In this document: positions 37,601 through 52,000 of the stretch, piece by piece
Numbering within the stretch: the stretch's first letter is position 1
Layout of the letters: each line of letters opens with the position of its first letter
NCBI GenBank assembly: GCA_964270895.1
Contig: OZ185435.1
Reading direction: 5' to 3' (one strand)
Source: Podarcis filfolensis
Taxonomy: Eukaryota
DNA length: 64,000 nucleotides
Translations under genes and position numbers: made by a program
The notes under the pieces: generated by a model
Told to the model about the DNA's origin: nothing
The model's database searches: none
What the model saw: the letters and a program-made list of their open reading frames with translations, nothing else

Positions 37601-40012
37601 ACTGCTTTCCCCCTTCTCTGCTCCCTCTTGAAATCCCCATGCATTCCCAATGCAGGCCACTGACTGCGAAGTTGCTTACTTGCCCAGGTCTCTACCCCCT
37701 GCCTCTTTCCTGTTGCATCTGTAATCCTCCTATGAAGCTGCCCTGCAGAGAAACTCCCCAGCTCTCCCTCTCTTGCTCTGCACTGAAGACCCTCAGCCCA
37801 AGCTCTGTCTTTATTTGCCAGACCCAGGCCAGTCTTCCTCACTTATAGCCCCCCCTCCAGATTCTGCTTCCCTGGTGGGCTCTTCTGGGTGCAGGGAAGA
37901 GGGTGGGGGTAGCTGTAAGCTGGCTGGCTCTGCACACCCACCATCTATCTGTCTCTGCCTTTTCATCTTGCTGCTAATTGTTGTTGTCTTGTTCTGGCAA
38001 ATTGCTATGTGTGCCCATTCGGACGGTCACCTGTGCTCCGCAAGGACACTGGTGTTGCTTTGAGGAATTATTGCATGGGCTGCCTGTATTCCAGGATCGT
38101 GCCATTAACAGCGCAGGGGTTGCTACTAGAGGAGGAATTCAGCACCCTGGAAATTCAGCTTCATTTTTTAAAAAGTTTCTAGTCTTTAAGGTTGCAAAGA
38201 GGCCTGAAAATGTGTGAGCAGCCCCTGGTGACATCTCAAACGCCATTGGCTAGGGAAAGTGGAGGATGGGAGCTGAGCTGAACTGCTAGGATGCGGGGGG
38301 GGGGAGGGGCTCCATGTGCTTTTTTCTCTTTCCTGTAACTATCTGAAAAAGACTAAATATTGCATAGGAAATACGGCCTATGCAAATTTACATAATAAAA
38401 TATGCAAATAAAACTGGCATCTACCTTTCCTTAAAATAAAATAAAATGCAAAGTTTACAAAGCCCTTGGTGTAGTTTAGATTTGGGCCTACCAAACTAGA
38501 ATGTTGATTGGTGAACAGAATAACGGCAATCTGCCCAGTCCCCCCCACAATACTATCCAAGGGGAAGGCAGGCTCGGTTGTTCAGGCAAGGAAGTCAAAG
38601 CTGCATCTGCTGTCTACAGCAAGACTTGGCTGGGCTCCAGCTGCAAACATGGATTTCCCAGGCTGTGAAAACCATCTGCATTTTGAGGGTATAATCATGA
38701 GCCAGGCCTAGGCCATTGCATATGAACTGGGATATTGTTGCTAATGGCATTGTTGCCACTGCCAGTGCTGCTATCACCAGAATTCTGTACCAAAATAACC
38801 CTCTGGAATTCTGCAAACTAAGAACCTTTGCGTACAGATTGTTTTATTTTGCACAACCTATTCTGCTTCTGTTAGTTGTATAAAAGAGCAAGAGCCATGC
38901 AGGACACTGGAACAGGACTAGCCCTACCATCAGGCAAGGTGTGCCATTGGCATGCAGCAAATTGGCCTTTGTTTTGTTTATTATAATTATTATAATTTAG
39001 CTTGCCATTGAGGAGTGGGTGCTATTTGGATCTCCTGTCTTAGGCCATAGGAATCTTACTGGATTCCTAACCCCCCCCTAATCACTGGAAACCTTGTTCT
39101 GTCACCATGCTGGCTTCTGAAGCCTAAGAGAATATGATGGCAGCACAAACTGTGTGCTAGATGATTGGTTCTGCAGAACTGGCAGACCAGTTTTGAAGCA
39201 AACACGCAGTGCGCTGGAAGGGGTGATGAACATGCTTTCCCTGCTGAAAATGCCTCTTGACCACTTTTCTCCTGGCAGGGCTTCTGTATCAGAGCTCAGG
39301 TGGGAGAAAAGGACAGGGGTGGGTGGGTGGAATACTGGGGAACAGCATGAGCAGGGAGGCTCCTTCCACTTTACATTCCTTTGAATGCAATTGTCTCCTT
39401 CCATTCCTCACTCTATATCCATTTGATGGTAGATTCTGGATGAGTCTCCTGGTGTGTCTTGTTAGACCTTGAGGTTTCACCAGGGTTTGCACACAGATTA
39501 TGGATCTTATCAGCTTTAAGCATGTGAGAAACTTGTTTGTTTGGGTATTTTAAAAAATAAGTTTTAACTTAAGCTTTGATTCTCAGGGTGCTGAACTCAG
39601 TGTCAATATCCATTTCAATTCTTGTGCAATGTAGCCACAGGCTTGCAGAGCACACACATTCCCTGTTCTTTAGCAGGAGACACCTCATAGTGCCACATGG
39701 AGTGTCAAACATAGCAACTGCCTGACTCTTGTAAGTATATTTCCTAGATAATGCTTCTATTCCACAGAAATAATCTACTAGTTCTTCATATTGGTCCTCA
39801 GAAAGAAAAAGAAAAGCATATAATCCATATTGGATTCAAGTGGACTGGCCTTAATTGCACTAATAAAAGAACCAGACCCTCAATTCAGGCCAGGAATGTT
39901 AGGACTTAGAATTTGAGTTTTTTCTACGCCTGCAGATTAACTACAGAGAAGGAAGATTCTGAACATGTACAGAGTGCATAGTCTCATTACTAAATAAAAG
40001 GTATTCCCCAAC

Positions 40013-40068
<56 letters not shown>

Positions 40069-43000
40069 ACGGGGACCTTAGCTTCCATATGTGGGTGGGT
40101 GGGTGTAAAAACTACTCATTCCTCTGTTTTAGGAGAGCAGTGTATGGCTGTCTATGTGGGAGCATCTGGAAAAAAGACTGATATGCTGGGAGGAGGTCAT
40201 GACAGGAACCATCCCTTTATTGTTTGGAGGGATGGGGGAATCTGCCATTTTGCCTTTGGGTTGGGAGGTTCCGTGCCATTACACCACTCAAAGTGCTTAG
40301 CAAAGACAGAGCTGGTGTAGAAACAGGAAATGAGTGGCCCCAAGAGGGAGATGCCTAAAGTATTCTCCAGAAACCAGGTGGATGACAGATGGAGGAGAAA
40401 GGAAAGCATGGAAGGAGTGGCTTCCTGGGGAAATGTTTTTTGGAGAAAGCGGCTGTGGTTGTGCTGATTCATTGAATCTGGCATCTTGGTACCCCTGGGT
40501 CAGATGGTTTCTGAGGCAGATGCTGAGGAGAACCTAGTGAGCAATGGCCGTTGATTGACAGTAACCCCCACCTTGCTTTTGTTGACTCAGGAAGAGGTAT
40601 CGAAGGGTGCTAGCCAGTGTCGTGACTATCCAAAAGAACTACCGTGCTCACTTCTGGAAGAAGTCCCTCCTGCGCCTGAAGGCCTCTGCCATTGTCCTGC
40701 AGAAGCACTGGCGTGGGCAGCTGGCTCGCAGCCTCTACCGGCACCTGCTAGAGGAGGAACAGCAGCGGAAACGGGAAGCTGAGGAGCAGAGGCGTCGAGA
40801 GGAAGAGCGGATTAGAAAGGAGGAAGAGGAAAGACAATGGCAAGAAGAGAGGGAGCGTAGGAGGAAGCAGGAGGAGGAAGAGGAGAAGAAAAGGTACAAG
40901 GCAGTCTTGGTTCTGTCTCCCTGGCCCAGCTTTCACAAAACTGCAACTGAAGAGGCAGACCTGTGCCAGGACTGTACCACTTCAGACTGCAGGAGTGAGA
41001 GGGATGTACATGATTTAATGTTCCTCCATGTAAAGGATTCCCTGCGTATAGAAAATCAGGTGTCAGGGATAAGGATTTTGGCTTAACTACCTCTGGTGTT
41101 TTAGTTTTCTATGTGGAGGACTGTGGGGTGTTTTTCACCCCCTTGCCATTTGATCAGCCCCCTGTAGCCTGAAGTGGAACAGTCCAAACAGGACTCTGCC
41201 TTTGATGTGTTGCTCGTGATAGGCAGAGTTTTGTATATTCACCACTTTAAAAGCACAGCAACACAGTACCAAACTTCTATATCCAGGTGAGCCAAATTGT
41301 GCTCAGACAGACTTGAATTTGGTGACCTTTTAAAAAATGAATTATGGGAAGTAAGTCTGCATATATATGTTTCTAGTGGGGGAGGAGCCATGCATGGCCC
41401 TGAAGCCCCGCCTCCTGACCATTGGAAACATTACCCAACACCCTCTCTGCCTTTGCAGATTTCACCAGTTACTTCCTGCATTCTTTTTTGAGCCCAACCT
41501 CACTCCTTTGTAGCTGCAAGCTGATTCTAAATTCCATGCTTAGTGAGAATTGTAGAATACACAGTGCTAATGATAGGGCTCATCTCGATGATACCACTAA
41601 GCTGGGACTTTTTCCTTTTGGGCACTCCTATACTCAGCACAGGAGACTAGCTATGGAGGTTGCACAACTTGTTCTGGTCAAGTGCTGGTCCCCGTGAGCC
41701 AGGTAGGCCAAGGTGGTCTGAAGCTTCCTGAATATCTGGACTCTGCAGAATTTGGAAGCCCCAAAGCAGCGCACCTGGGCATGTCTTTTAGTCTCTGGGC
41801 TGAAAGGACGACTAAGCGCTAGGCTGTGAGGTTGTCGCAGGACATCATTGCAGGTGGCTGGTTCAGGACTTCAAGGGTGAGCGCCACAGGTTGCAACGCA
41901 GTGGTAGTAACTGCTCCCTTCTAACACTATGATCCTACTTTCTATAAACATAAATTTTATGAAATAAACAAATAAAGGTGTATGGTTTCTAAACTACTTT
42001 TTATTTGAAGACAAAACCTCCAAGTAGCACAGCAATAAAATAACACAGCAGCAGTAGCATGTCAATATAACCTTGTGGGGAAAACCACCTCATTAAAACA
42101 TCAGTACCATGTTTTTAATATTTTCTTGTTTGTAGGTCACCCAGGGAATATTGATTGATCAATTGCTACAGAAATTTAATTTATTATTAATAATAATGTG
42201 TACAGTTTCTCTGTCCTTGACATACACCCATTTGCAGTGAGCTTTTTAAAAAAATATATTATATAGGTATTGGGTTTTTTTAATTGTGTATGTGCCTAAC
42301 ACTGTTCCATATATGTTACCACAGTCAACAGCTGTAATAATAATGAAGTGATGATTACCAGCCAAGTTATTACTTTTACCCTTGGAAAATGATATGTGAC
42401 TTTAGGAAGTTGTGTATTTTTAGAAGGCTTCTTCTTGAGGGAACTACTGCATAATACTTTTCTTTAAAAACACAGTTTTGGAGCCCACATTATTTATTTA
42501 TTCTAGAAGTCCAGCCTCCAATTCCCTTTTCTTGGCTTTGTGGTCAATCAGGAGCCTTCAGTGTGACCTTGCCTCTATTCCACTCTGTCCAGTTTCTTAG
42601 CTTGTTCCTCAGTCACAAGAGGGGAGAGCCGGGGAAGTCTTGACACAGCTGCACACCTCAAATTAAACCAAGCCTGAGATAATCTGGCTGTCCTATGGGA
42701 AGAGGGTGCCTTCAGCTACCTTAAAGGTAAAGGGATCCCTGACTGTTACGTCCAGTCACGGACGACTCTGGGGTTGCGGCTCTCATCTCGCTTTACTGGC
42801 TGAGAGACCCGACGTACAGCTTCCGGGTCATGTAGCCAGCATGACTAAGCTGCTTCTGGCAAACCAGAGCAGCACATGGAAAAGCCGTTTACCTTCCCGC
42901 CGGAGCGGTACCTATTTATTTACTTGCACTTTGATGTGCTTTTGAACTGCTAGGTTGGCAGGAGCAGGGGCCGAGCAATGGGAGCTCACCCCATCGCAGG

Positions 43001-46000
43001 GATTCAAACCGCTGACCTTCTGACTAAAGAGTATGTTCATATGACATTTTTTATCCACTGTGAGGCAGCCTCCATTTCCCTCCACATGCATTCTGCAGTG
43101 TGAATTGTTGTTCCATGTGTGTTCAATAGCAGTCAGCATCCGTTCTGAGCCTTACCAAAAAAACAAACAAACCCCAACCAGCCTTCTGAAAACCCAAGCC
43201 TTTCATTAATATAATAATTTTCCTTGGTTTAACTTTAAAGGCTTTGTTACAGCTCACAAAATTTTTGATCTGAATGCAAATGACTGAGGCAGCAGTGTTA
43301 TTTAAAACTTCATTGATTTCAGCAAATTTTCATGGCAAGCTGGACTGTAGATTTTATTGATGAGTTTGTTCTTTGTTTTTGAACAGAGAAAAAGAGCAGC
43401 TTGAAGCAGCATTGCAGATGGCTCAGGTGTGTTCCATTATGACTCCCATCATATGCCTCTCATTTCAGAATACTAAGCAGAATATGAAGACATGCTGGTG
43501 ATCTTTGTTGCTTGACCTTTCCCTCTTTACAAGCTAATCCAAGGTACTGTTTGCAGAATGCAGTGCTATGCTGTTACGGTAACTCCGTCCTCAGTCTAGA
43601 TGATGCTCCACTCCTATAAAGTAATATAAACACCTAGGGTTGTATGCATCAACTTGCACAACAGAACTTCCCTCTCCTCTCCTCTTTCTTGAAGCTCACT
43701 GCACATCCTCAAAATCTTCTCCAGAAGGTTGGGGGACCCTCTGGAGCAGATTTTGGGGGTGTGCAAGGAGCAGATGGGGAAGTCCAATTGCACAAGCAGA
43801 GGTTTGTTGCATGAGCAGAAGAAAAGTGTTGGATATGTCCCTAGATGTTGACTGTTACATGTAGCTTGATCCTAGGAATGGCGGTACAGTGTCATCTAGA
43901 TTGAGGACAGTTTCAAAGTACTGTAATAAACAGAACTGCACTCTGCAAACACCGGATACAACCCATAGTTGTACAAATCTAGTGGAATGTGTAAATGTCA
44001 GCTGCTGTGGAATCCTGATGAGGGTTAGCAATGTGGCATGTGGGACGGTGGGTTACCTCTTTCTTTTGTGCCACAGTCCTATTGAAAAATACTTGGGGGG
44101 CGGGCAGCTGCTATTCGGCTCTGAATGAAAGCTTGCATTGGTGCCAGTGGAAATTTCTCCCTTGAACCAGATAGAGGCTCAAGGGGCACATTTTTTTTAA
44201 AATGGTGAGGGGATTGCAGCTGAGAGGTGGAATCTGCAAAAAAAAATTCCCTACTGACCCCTGTTCATTAATGAGATCTTCTGGTGGATCAAAGACACTT
44301 CCATCCAAGGCACATTTGAATCCAGCCTATTGTCACTTGGCTTGGAGATAGACCATAGCCTTTTAAGAAAGAAGTGCCTGTGAAAGCCTTTGCTTCCCAT
44401 GGTGTACAGTACAGATGCTTAGTTCTTTTGTTCCATGAGTACCTCGTCAAACAGGTCGGTTTTTTTTAAAGCAATACAAAACAGCCAAAGACCAGTGGCA
44501 AAAGTGGTGTGAACATTCCCATCACAAAACAGTAACCCTCTCTCAAACCACCTTAAACTTTACGGGGAGGACATAAAATTTTAAGTAAGACCCATCTCCA
44601 GCCACTGTTAGAGGCTGTATGCCTCTGAATACCAGTTGCTAGGATCACAAGGAGTGAGAGAGTGCTGTTGCACTCAGGTCCTGCTTGCAGGCTTGACATG
44701 GGCATTTGGTTGGTCACTTTTGAGAGAATAAGATGCTAGATTAGATGGGCCATCGGCCTGATGCATCCCTGATGCAGGGCTCTTCTTAGGTTCTCATGCC
44801 TTAGAACAATTAGAAGAAATGTTGCACATGCAGGGAGCAGAGGGAATTGCCACTTGGCCGCCATGCAAACTCCTGCTTTCTCAGATCTGTTACTGTGACT
44901 TCATTAAGGCTGATCTTTCTTTCAGATGGAGGCGCTAAGGACCCAAGAGGAAGACCAGCCTTTACAGGAAGAGGAGCAGCGTCAGATGGAAGAGATCCTG
45001 CGACTGGAGAGGGAGATTGAGAAGCTGCAGTGGCAGCAGAAGACCGACCACATCACCTGTGAGAACACCAAGAATGAGATAAAGCGGCAGCGGGAAGAGG
45101 AGATCCAGAGGCTGGAGAAGGAGGCGTCCAGGGTCGCACAGGAGTTCCTGGAGCTGCTGGATTTTGGGAATTTGGATGAGAGCGTGCAAGGCTTCGAGCA
45201 CTCTCTGTCCAACGAAGGGACCCTCAATATTGAATGCAGCCTTGTAGCTCCCCTGGCTGAGGAAGAAGAAGACGAGGGCTTTCCTGCAGATGAAGAGGGA
45301 CCACCAGTTCCCAGCCCAAGTCTCCTGAACCAGGACAGCAGCACCAGAACCAGTGACAACTATTACTCCGAGGAAGATGCTTCTCCGAATATGCCAGTGC
45401 CTAGGAAGGGAGAGAACGAGGAGGGCAACTCTCTGTGTCCTTCCACAGAGAGATCTGCAAGCCCCCAGAAGGAGCAGCCTATGGAAAGCATCTACCAATC
45501 AGCCTCGGAAATCCTGCAGAGTGACAATGGGGACTCGGAAGAGCCAATTTACAGCTTGCCTCCAGATGTGGAGTCTGACTATGACCACGAGGAGTTTGAT
45601 GGCAGCGGAGAGGCTGGCAGCACGTCTGCTGAGCCCCTGAATGGGGAGGAGGCCTCGCGCAATTCCCACAGCAACGGCATGGACTCCAACCGCGGCAGCT
45701 TAGACTCGGTAAGGGCCGTTTGCCTTGAAGCAAAAAACAGATCCTGCTGTTAAGCAGGAAGTGTGTTTTTCTTTTTATCTTTCCTGTGCACGTTTGGCAC
45801 CCCAGTGCTCTCTTGTGTTAACTCCTTGTGTTAACATGTTCCTTGGGGTTAAAAGGCATTTTTTTTTCTTCAGTCCACATTCACAGCCATTGCATTTCAT
45901 CATGATGCTTGTGAACACATTTCTGCTCCCTCCCATCCATAGGATTGCCTAGTTTCATCTTGCATAACTGTCCAATCCTTGCGGTCTCTCATAGGCATCT

Positions 46001-49000
46001 CCCAGCTTGGTTTCATTGGAAAATTTAATCCACACTCTTTCTGTTTGCAATCAAAGTTGCAAACAAAAAAGAAAGGGGGAAAATGTAGTGAATAAAATAA
46101 CTCCCAAGACTGATTCCTAAAGAACTCCACTTCTTGCAAGCTGACCTTGGAACTTTTTCAGTCTTCCCTTGTCTCAGGATGTGGTTTTGAAGGTACAGGA
46201 TGCAATAGCTTGGATGAAGCCAAGAAGTTCTGGGCTTGGGCAGTGCCTGGATGGGAGACTTCCAGGGAACTGTGTGTGTTGCCTTGAGTTCCATCATAGA
46301 AGAAAGGCAGGATATAAATATAATAGAAGAAAGGCAGGATATAAATAATAAAATATAGGCACAGGATTTTGTTTTGTTCTTAAGTGTTAAAATCCATTGT
46401 GTTGTGTTTCCTTTAACCCAGGGGTAGCCTTTGGCCTCCAGCTCCCATTAGCCTCAGCCAGCATGGTCAGGGATGCTGGAAGTTGTAGTCCAACAACATT
46501 CGGAGGAAACCACATTGACTGCCTTAACCTATGGGTTACTTTACCCATTTTCTGCCGTGTTTGTATTTTTCTGTGTGATACTAAAAGCTTACTTGCACAA
46601 CTGGTGTGTCTGTGCGCACATGTTTGCATATGCATCCCATATAAGCACATTTCCCATTTGTTCTTCACATCTTCATGCACATTTGTATGTTTTTTATATA
46701 TGTTGGAATATGGATTTTGTGCCTAGTATTGGTGCATTACTTGCAGCTACAATTACTGTATGGGTATTTGTGTCTGCCAGATTTACAAGGGCACTTACTG
46801 GGTATTGTTTGACCCGATTAATCATGCACACAACAGCCACCGTCCCCGAGAACACACTCATTGTATGAACCTTTTGGGGGTGATCTTAAAAAGGGAGTTC
46901 ATATACTTTAGAAGCTATCCCATGTAGAATGGCAGTTCACCCCTGTTTAATCTATTTAATGCCTTTGTGCTGCCCATAAGGACATATTGTTTCTGTGTGT
47001 GTTAGGTTGTGTGTAAAGTTGTAGCTTTTCACATGATCTGCTGCAGAAGGGGGTTAGACTGCCCCCCCCCCCAGAAGGGGGATAATGAGAGAGAGACAGA
47101 AGCTGAGATGGCCAGGATGCATTTGGCTGAACATCAGAGAACTATTGCAATAGAAAATTGGAGGTTCTTAAATCAGATAGTTCCAAAATGGAAATAGAGG
47201 CCAAAGTCCACATGTTGGCAACTGAGTATGGCAGGTTTTGGCCTTTGCCTTGAAATCACTCACCCACTTTAGATCATTCCTGCTTCTGTATGGTTATCAT
47301 ACTGCCTGGCCAGCTCAGCACTGAGATCTGTAGTGGAAGTGCGATAGGACTTGGCAGGTTGTGCTGCTTCGTTTCTGGAGCGTAACCATTCTTTTTGCCT
47401 CCAGTTTCTAGACAGTGAGGATGAAGGGGATGCTTATATGGACACGGATGAAGAATTCTGCAGCAGCCGGGTCACTGTGCTCAATGGATCAGGGCCAGCC
47501 TATTTTCACAGCTATCTCTACATGAAAGGTAAGCAGCTTGGTCAGTCCCCTAAGCTGAGCAATTTTCCCCTGCTCCCTAATCCCCTCTCATCTCCCCTCA
47601 GTATTTGCTCCCTGTTTTGCTGTTTTGTTCTTCTTCATTTCCAAGATAAAGTCAGTAAGGCTTTTTGTCAAGGAGGGATTAGAAGGGACCTTGGTTGAAC
47701 ATAAAGGCTGTGATATCCAGTCCCAAGTGTTGGGTCTTAATGGGCATGCACAGATGATAACAGTTTTTAGAGATGGCAGAGGCCCTGTTGTGGAACATGC
47801 TTGAAGTGATCTGGCAGCACTGTGAAGCAGTATTTGGGGTAGTAGTAAGGGGGTGGATAAATGAAATTAACGCTTGAGGCTACAAAATTTGCATTTATAA
47901 AAAAGATACTGGTCTTAGTGGGGCGGGAGGAGGCACCATTTGGGCCTCACTTCAGGTAACAAAATATCTCATGCCAGTTTTGTGTGGGCTTGTGCAAGTA
48001 CACACATTTACCTCCCCACTCCTAATTTTACTTTGGTAACTGGCAAACCAGGGTGTTGTTTTTTTAGGCTTGTAGGGGAGGTAGTAATACAAAAGTCAAC
48101 CGCTGCCTCGCTGTACGTGGCAGCTAATGCCACTGTGATAGACTTGTGCATGCTTCTGCATGTTAGCATTCTGTCTCTACAGGAGGCCCCACATTTTTCA
48201 GGGAACTGTTATGGCCAAGGGCAGGAAGATACACATGCCACTGTCTTTGTCAGGTGCTTGTGGAGTGCAGGATGGGGACATTCTGGTGGTGCAGTAACTT
48301 TGACTGTGTCTCTTTTCTCTTCCTTGCAAGGGGGCCTGATGAACCCCTGGAGACGGCGCTGGTGTGTCCTGAAGAACGAGGCCTTCATGTGGTTTCGAGC
48401 CAAGCAAGAGGCCTTGAAGTCAGGCTGGCTTTACAAGAAGGGAGGAGGCATGTCCACGCTGTCTCGCCGGAATTGGAAACGGCGCTGGTTTGTGCTGAGA
48501 GAGGCCAAGCTGATGTACTTTGAGAACGACAGTGAAGAGAAGCTGAAGGGGACAATTGACATCAGGAAGGCCAAGTATGGGACATTATTATGTCTGTAAG
48601 CCCTAGGGATAAATCAGTATCAATATTGATTGGTAACAGGAGATGTTTGGGGAATCCTTAACAACCTGGGCCTGAGGGGAAATTGTTTGACTCCTTAAGT
48701 CCTGTGGGACATCTTTAGGCCTGAGACTGTTAAAGAGGGTGGGGCCTTAGAGCCCCTTACCTGAGTGCAAGGGCTATTTTTAAAGCTTCAGTGTCAGTCC
48801 TGCATGCATAATGACGCTCTAGGACCAGGCCCATGCAGAGCTTGTTTGAGGCCTGGGGCGGGAGTCTTGTTCTTGGCATGATAGCTTAAGTCTGGCAGGC
48901 CCCTGGTGGTATCCCCCAGCCTGTTTATCCCTCTGAGGCCTGTGAAAAGTTCAACTGACTGCCCTCCCCACATGCATGGGCCTATTTAGGACTGATTTGA

Positions 49001-52000
49001 GAATTTTCTTGTAGCAAATTTTGCCCCACATTCTTGTGCACTCCCCCTGGCCTCTCTTGTCAGTACCCTTCAACTTGAATTGGTTTAGCTGTCTCTTTGC
49101 CCACATTAAAAGTCTTTTCAGTGATGTTGCCCTTGCAGTGGTTCCTTATCAACACAGCCCCCAAAGGTGGTCTCTAGGTGCAGTAGGCAGTACCCTCATT
49201 TCCACACCAGCCTGTCACCTTACTTCATCTTTGGGTGCTGTTGCTTCCTTGTTCTCAAGTATTTTCAAGAGATCGGGGAAGCGCTGAGCCTCCTTGAGAC
49301 CAGGCAGGCCAATGGAGATGGATGCCAAACATAGACAAACTGTCTTTTCATCCTGGCTCTTCACACTTGTTGTTTTTCAGGGAGATTGTGGATATTCACG
49401 AGAAAGAGAATGCCCTTGATATTGTGACAAGTGATCGAATTTACCACATAGTGGCAGAATCACCAGAGGATGCCAGGTAGGGGATGCAGGGATAGGTGTG
49501 TGTTTTTCTTAAAAGATTTCTGCTTTTTCCCAAGGCGAGGGGTGGGAGAGCTGGAAGCAACACCCCTCCCATGATGTTGTGCTCTAAATTGAGAAGCAGT
49601 TATAAAAATAGGGAAAGGCGGGAGAGTAGAAGATGAATCATGATATACATGTTATCAGGTCATTGTTTCAGTCTTTGTATGATGTTGTCGGTATTAGTAA
49701 ATATATTTAATTACTTCTATGATGCTTTGTATACAACTGCATATTAATTATAGTATACTAGACTATTAAAAATTAGCCATTTCAGTAATAAATATATACC
49801 GGGGGTTTTTTTAAAGTGTTTTCTGCTTCTGTCTTTCTTACAGTGACTGGTTTAATGTCCTGAGCCGTGTGCACAGTGCTACAGAGCAACAGCTGAGAGA
49901 GATGCAGGATGAACAAGCCAACCCAAAGAATGCTGTGGTGAGTGGGGGGTCAAGTGGAGCCCTGAAACTGTCACTCTTCTGGCTGCCTAGCAGCTGATGA
50001 AGGATGTTCCTAGGCATTTGGTTGTCCACTGAGAACGAGATGCAGGACTAGATGGGCCGTTGGCCTGATCCAGCAGCTGGGCTCTTATTATGTTTATCAG
50101 TAATCGGCAGGAGAGTTCTTCATGGGCTTTTACAGAACTGAGTTTGAAATAAAAGGGAGGCTGCCTGAAGGATTTAACGCCCTCAGCTAATTTGATGGCA
50201 GGTATGTTGGGCAAAGGACGTATCTGAAGCAGGATTTGGGCAAAGGGATTATGATCAATGCCAGGAAGATCTTTGTGGGGAGTAGTGTGTACACCAAGTG
50301 TCATTTGGAGAGGTGACCAACCCTCCAGGACTGTCATCCTCAAAGAACTGTTAAGGGGGAAGGGATACGGGAGCCCCATTTTGTTAATAAAGTGAGAGCA
50401 AATATGTCTTCATTTAGAGCCTGACACCAAACCAAGAATACCGTCAAAGGTGGACTGTGCCCAGGAACTGTAGCTTGCAAATGGAAGGGGAAAGTGGGCT
50501 TTTGAAATTCCACTCTTGATAGCAGAATGCTTGAAGTTGTTAGGGTGCATTTCAGGGTACTTCCAGACAGAAGGTGTTACGCTACAGATAACTGAATCAG
50601 CATATCTGACCCTTGCATGCCATATTGGGGCTGTACTGCAAATCAGAACAGCAGATTGGGATCTAGCAAGACATGTGTGGGAGACGCAATCTAAATCTGC
50701 AACAGGAAACTATAACCCCATGCTAGCTGGTACTTTTCCCCTTGGAGGTATCTTCCCTGATGCTTCTTCGATTTTACTCTGTGTGTGTGTGTCTAGAAAT
50801 GATAAATGTATGCACACATACATACAAAGAGAGCTCATTCGCATACTTATGGACTTATGGGGAGGGGGAGTGCCATGTCTCACCCCTGGCAGAATCTTAG
50901 CATGCACACATTGGAACCTGGTCATCCATAGAGGTCAGAGGTTTTTGATCCACACAGTCATTCATTCCTACAGGAGCTCCAGATGTTGAGATTACAGTCC
51001 CATTATCTCTCTCATCATTGACCATGCTGTTTCAGGCTAACGGGAGTTATAGTCCAAAGCATCTGGAGGGCAACAGGTTGAGGAAAGTTGCCCTCTAGGA
51101 GAAAGTAAAGGGGTGCACTTAGGGACTCAACATGTTCACTGCCTCCTGGTGACACCAACAATTACGAATGTGGCCTACTTCTAATTGCGGAGCCACATCG
51201 TGTATTGTTGTTGCTGCTGTCTTCCACAAACGTCCCAATGTGATGTACAAAAGATAATAAAAACAGCTAAAAATCTGTTTAAAACAGCAGGGGGAAAAGC
51301 AAGATGAATTTAAAAGCAATAAAAAGTGGATGCCTATGTGTGGATCACACTGGAATGGAACAGAATGGTAGGAACTGGATCTTGCATATATCTAGAAGTG
51401 TGTTCCATTTTTTGTTGTTGTTTTAAAGGGAACCCTGGACGTGGGGCTCATAGACTCAGTCTGTGCTTCTGACAATCCTGACAGGTAAGCTACAGCTGAG
51501 TTCCTCTTTGTGTGTGCTTTTTCGTTTTGTGATTTTCAAATATTTTTGGTGCAGCAACAATTGTGTAACAGGGGGAAATATTTAAATCCATCTACTGCAT
51601 ATTTGAGTAAATATAAATGCAACAGATAAGGAGCTACTTAAAATGCCTCCAGCCAGTATAAATATCTCCCAAATGGCTGTGTTTATTTTTAGTGACTGGC
51701 CATTGGCTCCAGAAGCTCCTTGAAGCATTTGCTTTCCTCTTAATAAAGTCTAGTTGCTGTGGGTTCGGGTTCTCGAGCTCTGGGTGTTTCATACTTCAGG
51801 AAAGTGTGTGCAACTACACACCACCTGCCCTATGAGCTAAGGTTGTGTGTGCTCCGCAGAGAGATGGCTGCTTTTATGGCACAGTAACATCCTGTGGGGT
51901 GCTTTCCCTTATATATTACAGTCGTTTTTTTGTTATTTATTTATTTATTTATACATACATACATACATACATACATACATACATACCCCACTTTTCTCCC

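Noticed and set aside
44962-45498. Long antisense ORFs (178 and 125 aa) over exon 25; similar ones over exons 35, 39 and 40
   Set aside because: Expected shadow frames of a GC-rich coding exon.
47405-47411. Alternative acceptors at 47412 (tttctag|) and 57584 (cagtgcag|)
   Set aside because: Both are out of frame with the upstream exon; the chosen sites preserve homology.
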